Source: Mobula hypostoma
Taxonomy: Eukaryota
Direction of reading: 5' to 3'
Length of the DNA: 64,000 nt
NCBI RefSeq assembly: GCF_963921235.1
Contig: NC_086097.1
Span: forward strand, 221,528,001-221,592,000
Of this stretch, positions 1-11,232 are shown piece after piece; within the stretch, counting starts at the first letter, position 1; every line of letters starts with the position of its first letter. The position numbers were made by a program, and so were the translations under genes. The notes below the pieces were generated by a model. The model did not search any database. It was not told the DNA's origin and worked only from the letters and a program-made list of their open reading frames with translations.

Positions 1-3000
1 TCACTGTGCTGAAAAGCAAATTGGGCTAGCGTGGCCAAGACAATGTCATGTACCCTACTATATCCTATTCAAAATGATATACATGGTGTGCAAGTACCTG
101 ATGAATTCCTGCATGTACATCAGTCTTTGACTGTACATGAAAGTGGGCTTTTTTTAAACTTTGAGAAAGAGACCACTGAAGCCTGTGAAATAATACAATG
201 AAGTGGTGCGCCCTCACGCCCAGTTACTTCAACGTTCTCTAATAAATCACACACTCTTTCAAGCTATCTTTCTAGAATTATCCTGTTCATTGATGGCCAA
301 CTCCAACGTGCAGTATCTCGGTACAACTGGGGAGAGCTTAGACAGTCTTACACCCTCCAGTATGGATCTCCACTACTAATCATCTCCATCACCTGCTTGT
401 CTCACATGCTATGCGAATCATCCGATGAAAACTAAACGTCTTTTCTAACCACACGTGTGAAGTGAGTATGTGACGTGGTATATTACTGTCACAAGTTGTG
501 TGATCATGCATTTCCTGAAGTAACTAATTGAGAGATTTTCATCTTCAACATGCTAAATGTCTCAATTACAGGGAAAAGACATTAAAAATGATTAGAACCA
601 TGATGTTAAGGATTTTAGAGGCTATGGTTTTGCAGTTGATCATTTTTCACTTCAAGAACCTGAGTGGGTCACATGCAGTGTGACTGGATATCAGGTTTTG
701 TCACCAATCACCCCCGCGCCCTATCATACATTCTAACATCCCAGAAATCTCCAAGTGCTTGTGTAAGAGCCGAATGAAAGTCCACTTCTGGTTCTCTGTT
801 CCTTTTTGGTGGTCTGAGATCCTTCCTTTGGAAAGTAGGAAGCAATCTAAGAGCAAAACTAATTGCATATGCTGAACAGATGATGGACAACATGATGCCA
901 ATGAAACAGACAACGATGTATAAACATTGCAAGCCAGGTAGAGGTGCAAGCAGCACATAAGCAGAAAGGAAAGGATGCATTTGAAAGCTGAGATGCTGCA
1001 TAAAGTGAGCTTGAGGGAAGGTTGAGGGGATTAGAGTATTGCACACATGAAGATGTGAGTTATTGTGTCGCCATCCCCATTTTTCTGTCTGCTGAGATTA
1101 TTAAACACTCAGGCCAAGAACATAAAAGCCCGCTAATGCTGCTCGTTACCATGGCTACCTCCATCTATATCTTTCTTGGCCATACCGTCAGCCTTCTTTT
1201 ACCCAGCAACGGGAAGCACAAGGTCTCTCTGAGTTCTTTCAGTTTCTGGGCAAAACACAGATAGGGAAAAACATAAAATCCAGGGCAGTTTGGCTCATTG
1301 GTGCCTTCTGCTGTCTCTCCCAGTTACTGGGTCGCCAACTCCCAAATCCACCAAGTGTCAGTTTTTTAATGTCCCTTTACAGTGTGGCATTGAAATGGAG
1401 ATACGTGCTGACAATACACATGCTTAGACTGAGTGGTCAAAAGAATTGAAAGTTCAGTGGCTGGGTTACAAATTAACAGAATACATGCCCCAGAAACCTC
1501 TAGCTTCCCCACGTGCTCCTGAAAAATCAGCCTTCAGCATGCTAGATTAAAATTCAGCTCCAAAGCACTCATACAAAGAATAATATCAGAGAGAAAATAT
1601 TTCCCAAGATAGATCAAAAATTTCAAATTAATTAAGTGTGAATTCAATTATTTTACTTCGTTTATGTGCAGTTGGCTGATCTCAACTAAGATTGGGAATA
1701 CTAAAGTTGGTCTTAAGCTTCATGATTTAGGAGGCTTTGAAAAAAAAGCCCTTCAATTAGAAAGAAAGCATGCTTTCAATCAAATATCACAGCAATTCCT
1801 GCTTATGTCTCCTTATGGATATTAATTGTGAGCAGAAAGAAGTATAACTTTGCAACTTTCTCATGTTCAAACAGTCTGTCAATATAGTTATTTAAACTCA
1901 CAAATAAAGAATAAGTTCTCCAGGGTGAAATATTAGAGAGTTGAAGGCAATTGGAAAGGTATGAACAGTATCAGTGAGAAAATAGAAATAATTAAATTGT
2001 ATTACACCATGATTTAAGAAATGCATATTGGAAAACCATTACAACTTAAGCAATAGAATTAGTGCAAAATGAACATGGTAAATATTTCCTTTTTCGTAAC
2101 TCCTGCACAAAAAGAATCTCATTTGTAATTTAGTAGAAAAACCATAAATTAAAAGAAGTCTGTACACATATTAAATATCCTATCACCACCAAAAAAAAAG
2201 AGTCCCACGAGAAACCTTCGCTCCCTTATAGTTTCAAAGCTCTTCAATATAACCAGCTTTCGTAAAAATAACACAGGAGATTAATTTACAGCAGTCGGCA
2301 GAAAAAGTAATTACACCTCTGTTAAGGGAAACAAAATGAGCATGGCCCTTTCATCCCGTGGTCATCATCAACTCATGGGGAGGTCTTACAGACCGTAACA
2401 AACGTAAAACAGGTTTGATACAAGACGCTGTGTGGGCTAACCAGTACTGCTGACTGTGACATAGCAACTTAATAAGGTAGGATGGGTGAAGATTACTGCA
2501 GCGCTTTAATAATAGAAGTTTCATCAACTTTTAGCATGTAAACTAATACCTTTCACGTACAATAACAGAAGGCACTGAGAGTTTTCATTCCTGAGTCTCT
2601 GAATCCAATGTTGCTCTGTAAAACTCAGACTTTTCTGTAGAACAAATTAGCTAGATAGGAACTTCCAAATACGATAAAAGCTTAAACTTTCAGGTCAAAG
2701 GGCAAGTCAGGAGAGAGCAGAGACCCACATAAAAGCTAAGAACCTTAGCAACGTTTAAAGAATGAAGTCCTGCTGGGACTAGTTTGCAGCTCCCACGTGC
2801 AGATTTTTTTCAGATTTCCCATTTTTCTGGACAAGATGTTGGTCTCCCTTGTGGGCTTCTGACAGGAGTCCATTTGCTGTGGTTGATCAGCTCCTTGCCA
2901 TGGGCTATGTCTATCATCAGTGCACAATATATGTGGCAGAAGTTAGTTGATCTCTCGAGGGACATGCCTATGAAGTCCAGATGGGCTCTTTAAATCTAAG

Positions 3001-3846
3001 AATTTCACTCCCTGATTTATTCTTCACTTTTTTTACAAGATCAGTTAGCTTGTACTCCAGCATAGTGGATTAGCTATAACTTGTACATCTGCATTTAAAC
3101 ATCTTACATATGTCAGAATGAAATGCTTCAATTTTCAATGTTTGTTACACAAAATGTAAATTTTTATCCATGGAACTGCCACTAGAAATAAAATATTGAA
3201 TTAAGCAGCAATTATACAACATCTTGCAGGAGGGAGAAAACGTATGTCTGTGATCAGAGGGGTGCACTTTGCATTGCTGAAACATTCTTTACGCTAAATG
3301 CCTAGACTGCATAAATAACAGAACAACTACAGAAATGCCAAATGCTTGAAATTTTCTAGGCTTCTGTCCAAAAGAAGGTAGTGCAAACCTGTGAGGAGAG
3401 AGGATAAATGTAAAAATAAAATACTTTAATGTACAATCTTTCATGTTTGACATTTAAGAGAGTACAACAGCTGGCCAAAACTTGAAGCCATTTATGTTGA
3501 TATTTACAGGAAAGTCATACGTACCTTACAAATATTTTTCCTACTTTTCTTATTGCAATTTATTTGACAACTAATTTATTCTTCAGTTATATTACTACAT
3601 TAAGTTGTTTAAATATTCTGCAGAGTGCTGAGAAATATTAGATGTGCTTTTTAGTCTGCAGCTAAGAGGAAGGCAGGCTCCCAGCTTAAAATTTGATAAC
3701 CACACAGCAAAATAAGATCTGCTGAGCCAAATCCTGCTCATTTCGGCTTTCCTCTTGGACTCGTCCTCACATTCCCTTCTGCTTCCATCATAACCTGGTA
3801 TGGATGTGCGTGTCCAAAACCCCGATAGCTCTTGTTCATGGAATGT

Positions 3847-4145
3847 TCTTTGTCTTGCTGCCCGTTACACTGTTGGCGTTTAGAGCAGCAATGAAGGTTC
3901 TCCATCTCTGTCGTTCCATACTGTCACACACAGATATAGGATTCTTGTTTGACCAGTCAGGGTTGGCAGCCCTGAGCTGGACCCCGGAACCTGGAGGACT
4001 GGCAGAGCACTTTTAGTCTGGCCTCTACCCTTTGACCTGTTTGGCATGGGTGACCCTACCAAGAGCCAAAGCACAAGGCCCTGGCTCCAGCCAACGTAGC
4101 TCTCCAGATGACTGAGGCAGAATGGCCTCCAAATCCCAAGACAAA
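3847..4145 (-). mobile_element. Short bipartite RTE-derived non-autonomous retroposon
   Basis: 12-bp TSD ttcatggaatgt (3835-3846, 4146-4157). RTE-type 5' UTR motifs (GAGCTACGTTGGC...GGTAGGGTCACCCATGCC) fused to an RTE ORF end (RQRWRTFIAALNA). Confidence 0.75.
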
Positions 4146-5986
4146 TTCATGGAATGTAGGATGAGGCCAATGGAGACTTTACCTCATCTGGTGCATTGTA
4201 GAGTGACCCAAGAGGAGCAGGACTGAGAATGGCAGGTTTGACAAGATCTGTGAGTCTTTGTAAGAGCTCATAAATGTCTCCAACTTCTAAATACATCTTT
4301 ACTTGAAAAGTTTGTACTAAAATTGTTTATTAAAATCTGTTGAGGCATGAAAAGTTAAGAGCAAAATACAAGAAAAAACTAATCACCCTTCCTTGTTTCT
4401 AGATCAGGAATTCCCCAAATGAATTCCTATTGAATTAAATGGGATTTCTTGCTCCACAGCTGGTCTGACTGGTGTATGATCACGAAAGCAGACTCCCCTC
4501 TAATGCTGGAGAACTCCTGTACAATTAGGCATCATGACAACTCCACTTACATTCCAGAAAATAAACAGACTGATGGATGCACTGGGTTAATGCTGGACCA
4601 GGATTATTTACCCGGGAGTGTGTGAAGCCTGGTGGTTCTAAAGCTAACTTGGCCCACAAATTAGAAAAAGAAAACTGAAGCCAGTGATCAACAGAGGAAA
4701 TTCAAAGGAGGGCAGCGCAAATCCAAGTTTTCCAGGGCTCCCTTGCTGAGTTATCCATCTATAATTCCATTTATTCATTAAATCATTGAATTACAGGAGG
4801 CTGCCATTTCATCCATCCTCCATATGTTGACTTCTATTGTAAAAAAATTGTTTTGAAATGACATTTGTAAGTTGACTTCATGCACTTCGACTTGATTGTA
4901 ATGCTCAAATTGATTCAAATACCATTACCATGTGAATTATGACAGGTCAATAAATTTCATCCTGATCCAAGAATCCTGTTCATTGAAAGGCTAGAAGTTC
5001 AGAAGTAATATGCATGTAAACACAATTATTAAGGTAATTCTAACTTCTAATAAATATTTCAACTTGAAGTTCATAAATAGCTCAGAATCCACTCTAATGA
5101 TATAAAAGGGGCGTGAACCTCATAACTGTGAGATTAGTTTATAATTGGCCGCACTAAAATTAACATCCAAATGGGAAAATTAACTCTACAGAAACACAAG
5201 TATAAACATTCAAAACTAATATTCTTGTTTCATTTTGGCTGCTGTGTTACAAACCTCTCAAGATATTGCCATTCAACTTGCATTGCAACAATGCTACCTG
5301 TTAACAAAACCATAAGACCATAAGAATTAGGCCATTTGGCCCATCGAGTCTGCTCCATCATTTCATCACGGCTGATCCATTTTCCTCTCAGCCCCAATCT
5401 TCTGCCTTCTCCCCATAACTCTTCATGCCCTGACTTATCAAGAAACTATCAACCTCTGCCTTAAATATAAGTAAAGACTTGGCTTCCACAGCTGCCTGTG
5501 GCAACAGATTTCACAGACTCACCATTTTCTGGATAAATAAATTCCTCCTTGTCTCCGTTGTAAATGGGCATGCCTCTATTCTAAGGCTGTGTCCTCTGAT
5601 TGTAGACTCCTCCACCATAGGAAACACATCCACTCTATCAAGGCCTTTCACCATTTGATCCCTCCTCATTCTAATGAACTCTAGTGAGTACAGGCCCAGG
5701 GCTATCAAGCACTCCTAATATGGTTAGCCTTTCATCCCAGAATTTTTTTCGTGAACCTCCATTGAACCCTCTCCAGCATCAGCACATCCTTTCTTAAATA
5801 AGGGGCCAAAAACTGCTCACCAAGTGAGGCCTACCAGTGCCTTATAAAGCCGCAACATTATATCCCTAATTTTATATTCTAGTCCTCTCAAACTGAATGC
5901 TAACATCGCATTTGCCTTCCTCAATCCAAATCAAACTGCATATTAACCTTTCGGGAATCCTGCACAAGAACTTCCAAGACTCTTTG

Positions 5987-6486
5987 CAGACATCCCACCT
6001 CTCCCGGAAGTTCTGGGAGTCTTCCACATATTGAGAGAGGCTCCCTGATGCCTGCAAATTATATACAATATCCCGGAAATCGATTTGTTTGAGAGCAAGC
6101 GAGAGAGAGCAAGAGAGTGAGAGAGAGCGCGTCATGGCAGAGTGTGCCAAAAAAAGAATATATAAAACGTACGTCACCTCAGACTACACTAAAGTGTACC
6201 CCTGCCTCATAGGGGTCAAAAATAATGACAGTGTTGCTCACTGCACTGTTTGCAACAGTGACTTTTCTATTGCCCATGGTGGGTTAAGACTGTAAAAGAC
6301 ATGTTTAGGTGAGTTTAACAGGTGTCATTCGTTCATTAGCATAGCTAACGTTATTTAAACTAGCTGGCTAGCTGCTAAGGAGCTACTCTATTGCAGACAT
6401 CCCACCTCTCCTGAATGTTCCTGGAGTCTCCTGCAAATTGATGGTGCTACCTCCCTGAAATGAGTTTTCGCAGGGTGGGATGTCTG
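5987..6486 (+). mobile_element. 500-bp non-autonomous hAT-like DNA transposon
   Basis: TIRs cagacatcccacc / ggtgggatgtctg. Zinc-finger transposase N-terminus AHCTVCNSDFSIAHGG..(frameshift)DCKRHV from ATG 6134. CR1 sequence resumes on both sides. Confidence 0.8.
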
Positions 6487-6689
6487 CTTTTGCACCTTAG
6501 ATTTTTGAATTTTCTCTCAACTTAGGAAATAGTCTATGCTTTTATTTCTTCTACCAAAGTGCATGAACATACACTTCCTGAAACTGTACTCCAACTGTTA
6601 CTTCTTTGCTGATTCTTCTAATCTGTCTCAGTCCTTCTTTAGACTCTCTACTTCCTCAACATTACCTGACCCTCCTCCTATCTTCGCAG

Positions 6690-7884
6690 CACCGTGAGGA
6701 TTATAGTTTTTGATTTCTCAAGTGGCTTCTATATCATGCAGTCCCCTTTGCGGAGGGAAAGCACCGCTCAAAGCAGGTTGACACTTCCATTGTATCCTGG
6801 ATAATGGACTACCCGACTGGCAGACCACAGTTTGTGCAGATTCAGAGTTGTGTGTCAGACATGGTAATAATCAGCACTGGGGCCCCACAGGGGACTGTAT
6901 TGGCCCCCTTCCTGTTTACCCTGTATACCTCAGACTTTAGATACAACACCGAGTCATGTCATCTGCAGAAATTCTCAGATGACTCAGCAATAGTTGGGTG
7001 TATAAAGGGAGGATGGGTGGATGAATATAGGGCCCTGGTAGAGAACTCTGTCAGATGGTGTAAGCTGAATCATCTGTAGCTCAACATCAGTAAGTGAAAG
7101 AGGATGGTGATGGACTTTAGGAAGACCAAGCCTGCACTGCTCTCTGTTACTATTAATGGTGAGGACATGGATGTGGTGAGGATCTGCAAGTACTTGGGAG
7201 TGCACCTGGATGACAGACTTGAATGGAGCATCAACACAGAGGCTGTGTACAAGAAGGGCCAGAGTCACCTCTACTTCTTGAGGAGACTGAGATCCTTTGG
7301 AGTATACAGGCCTCTCATTCACATTTTCTACCAGTCTGTTGTCGCCAGTATAACCTTCTATGTGGTGGTGTGCTGGGGCAATGGGTGATGCCAACAGGGT
7401 CAATAAATTGATTAGGAAGGCTGGCTCTGTTATAGGAGTCAAACCAAACACACTGGAGGCTGTGGTGGAACAAAGTACCCTACAGAAAATCCTGGCTTTT
7501 CTGAACAATGTTCTCACTCTCTTCATGCCACCTTGGCTGAACAGAGGTGCACATTTAGGAACAGACTATGATAATTACGCTGCTCGAAAGAGCGCTATAT
7601 GAAGTTATTCTAACCTTTGGCCATTAGGGTCTACAATGAGTCAACCTATAGCTGGGCAAGTGATGAACCCCTCCTATTAGACTGTTCAAGGTAACTTTTT
7701 TTTTAGTTCTCTCTTATTTATCTTCTAATATTTGTATATCTATGCACTTGTAATGCTACTATGACACTGTATGTCATAGTATGTCTATGCCACTATGACA
7801 CTGTATGTCATAGTATGTCTATGCCACTATGACACTGTATGTCTTTGATTCCTTTGGGATCAATAAAGTTTCTATCCATCTATC
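6690..7884 (+). mobile_element. Rex1/Babar-type LINE 3' fragment (RT) nested in CR1
   Basis: STGAPQGTVLAPFLFTLYTSD...QKFSDD and YFLRRLRSF peptides. AATAAA plus (tcta)n tail. Confidence 0.88.
7758..7843. repeat. 34-bp tandem repeat, about 2.5 copies, each containing a hairpin
   Basis: Unit actatgacactgtatgtcatagtatgtctatgcc starts at 7758, 7792, 7826. Confidence 0.95.
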
Positions 7885-10374
7885 GTCTACATTCCTGGCC
7901 ACAAAGCCATCAATTCTTTCATTCAAATTATTGACATATAATGTAAAAAGAAGTGGTCGTAACATAGACCACTAGTCACCAGCAGCCAACCAGAAAGAGC
8001 TCCCTTTATTACCACTCTTTTCCTCCTGCCAATCAGCCAATGTTCTATCCAGTTAGAATCTTTCCTGTAATACCATAGGCTCTTAACCTGTTAAGCAGCC
8101 TCATGTGTGGCACCTTATCAAAAGCCTTCTGAAAATCTAAGTACACAACATCCACTGATTCTCCTTAGTCTATCCTGCTTGTTATTTCTTTAAAGAATTC
8201 CAACAGATTTGTCAGGCAAGATTTTCCCTGAAGTTGGCTTGGGCCTATTTTATCATGTGCCTCCAAGTATCCTGAAACCACATCCTTAACAATTGACTCT
8301 AACATCTTCCCAACCATTGAAGACAGGCTAACTGATCTATAATTTCCTTCCCTTATTGAACAATGGAGATCATTTCTAATGCCTCCACAATCTCTTCAGT
8401 TATCTTTTTCAGAACTCCAGGGTGCAGATCATCAGGTCCAGGTGATTTATCTACCTTCATACCTTTCAGTCTCTCAAGCACTTTCTCCCTAATCATGACA
8501 AACTTTACTCAATAATGTCCCCTGACACTCTCGAACTTCCGGTATACTGCTAGTGTCTTCCACATTGAAGACAGATGCAAAATACTTATCTATTCGTCCA
8601 TTATTTTGTTGTCCCCCATTACTACCTCTCCAGTATCATTTTCCAGTGGTCTGATATCTACTCTTGACTCTCTTTTACTCTTTATTTATCTTTAGAAACT
8701 TTTGGTATCCTCTTTAATATTATTTGGCAAGCTTACCTTTGTGTTTCATCTTTCCCATCTTTATGTCTTGAGCTACCTTCTGTTGTATTTTAAAAGCTTC
8801 CCAATCCTCTAACTTACCACTAATTTTTGCTCTATCATATGCTCTCTCTTTGGCTTTTATGTTGGCTTTGATTTTCCTTGTCAGCCATGGTTGTGTCCTC
8901 TTGCCTTTGGAATACTTCTCCTTCTTTGGGACTTATCTATCCTGTGCCTTCCGAAATACTCCCAGAAACTCAAGCCATTGCAGCTCTGCCATCATCCCTG
9001 CTAGTGTTCCCATCCAATCAATTTTGGCTAGCCCCTCTCTCATGCCTTTACAATTTCCTTTACTCCACTGTAGTAGTGATACATCTGACTTTAGCCTCGC
9101 CCTCTCAAAATGCAGAGCGAATTTGATCATATTATGATCACTTTCCCCTAAGGGTTCCTTTACCATAAACTCTCTAATCAATTCTGGTTCATTGCACAAC
9201 AGCCAATCCAGAATAGTTGACATCCTAGTGGACTCAACCATGAGCTGCTCTAATAAACCATCTTATAGGCATTTTACTAATTCCTCCTCTTGGATCCAGC
9301 ACCGACCTGATTTTTCTGATCTGCCTGCATATTAAAATCCCCCATGACTATTGTAACATTGCCCTTTTGGCATGCCTTTTCTATCTCCATTGTAATTTGT
9401 AGCCCACACATTTGCTACTGTTCAGAGGACTGTCAATAACTCCCATCAGGGTCTTTATACACTTGCAGTTTTTTAGCCCTACCCACAATGATTCTACACC
9501 TTCCAATCCCATGTCACCTCTTCCTAAGGATTTGATTTCATTGTTTAACCAACAGAGCCTACCTGCCTGTCATTTCAATACAATGTGTGTCCTTGGATGT
9601 AAAGAAATTTGTATGAAGAAAGTGGTATCCCTAGTACTCATGGATAATGGGAGCATCATTACTTAACCCTTTGACAGTCTTCTACTCCAAATGATCATCC
9701 TGAACCTTGTATGGACTTTTGTAGAAAGTGACTAGCTGGCTGCCTTTTAAGTTACTCATGGAGTAAAACATGCTCATAATCATATTGTCATTATGTTGTG
9801 CAGCATAGAAACAGGTCCTTCAGCCATGGAGTTCATGCCAACTATTATGCTAATCGCACTTAACTGCGTTAATTCCATATACTTTTTTTATACCTGGCTC
9901 ATTCAAGAACTGGCACTTCAAAGATGATTTCCACCATTGCCAAGTAATTCCATCACAGTTAATGTTTGCATTAGTTATTCCATTTCTGAAATCTAAGTCC
10001 ACTGAAGTTTATGAAAACAAATTGCAGAAGTGCAGTTGCATGCACAGGTGCTGTTATGTTGCACATTCAGTGCTACTGACCTGAGAGAGATCCAAGCAAA
10101 TGAAATGTTGCATCTCCTTGAGCTCTTTATAGTGCACGCTGCTTCATTAATGAAACTCTCCAAAACAAAAGAAAACTCCCAGAGTTTAAGGTGCTTCATT
10201 TGGAAATTGTGATCCAAGCAGAAATCTTACAGGAATTTGATTGGAAAGATTTTGTCATGGATGAGTGCATTTTAAACCAACGTGCATCACTTTAGCTAGC
10301 TGCCACAAAACAATAAATTTCACATCATATAAGCCAGTGATAATAAACCTGATTCTGATTCCTACCTCTTGGAT

Positions 10375-11232
10375 GGTAACCCCTTCACTGCGGTCGTATA
10401 CAAACTTGGCTCGTTAGCTGACTCTGCTAACAGCCACATGACTCTGTGGTGAGAAGACTTTTCACCACCTTTCATGAACAATACACATCAAGGGTCGGAA
10501 TGATTTGGGGTTCAACCAAACAGGAACGTCGCGGTGTTCCGATTAAAGAAACCACAATTTGAGTGAATGCTGTGTAAATATTCCCCATACACAGTTATCG
10601 GTCCGCAAGAAATAACAGATCGTACACTGCATAAAATTGTAAAGGAAGTATATTTACTAATTTCAGCTTTATCAGTTATTAGGAAAAAGAGAAAAGAAAA
10701 TAAAAGGGTCCATTACAGTTAAAAAGGGTCCATAACTGTTGGAGCTCGTCTCTTTCAAAACTCTGTATTCAGGGAAGTATACCTTACTCACGTGCTGGGT
10801 CCACAGTCTGCGTGAAAACACCCGTCACATTTTTTAACTTCCCTCAAAGTCAGTCTCTCTCTCTCTTTCTCTCTACCTCTCTGTCTCTCTACCTCCTAGG
10901 AGTCATCAGCACAAAGCACCTCTTGCAATTTGGCTCTCCTTCCAATGGCATTCTGCGGCATTTTCCCTTCTGTCTGCTCTGCAGCTCCTGCCAAAAGACC
11001 CCAAACTGGACAGCTGTCCATCACAAAGCTCTGTCCGTCCTGCTCTCTCTGGAACTTTCTCTGGGTCTCACCATCCTGATTGGCTGACACCACATTCCTA
11101 AGTTGAACATCAGGGCTTCTTATCTTTAGCCAAAGCCAAACATTCTAACAGCAGGGCACACTGCTTTTACAGAGAACTGCTAATATAAACTACCTCACAG
11201 CACAGCAGTAGAAATCTTACCAGGGCATTACA
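10375..11232 (-). mobile_element. Putative solo LTR
   Basis: Minus strand starts TGTAATGCCCTGG at 11232, LTR-like composition with a (ct)n tract. Other end and TSD not clean. Confidence 0.45.

Larger units (their letters stand above)
5310..9570 (-). mobile_element. Degenerate CR1 LINE (ORF2 and 3' tail), interrupted by two nested insertions
   Basis: CR1 ORF2 peptides in ORFs 5511-5708 and 8933-9241 (ILDWLLCNEP...LGESDHNMI). ccataaga tail repeats at 5310. Confidence 0.9.

Noticed and set aside
701..1264. Cluster of short ORFs
   Set aside because: No recognisable domain or splice structure, consistent with chance ORFs.
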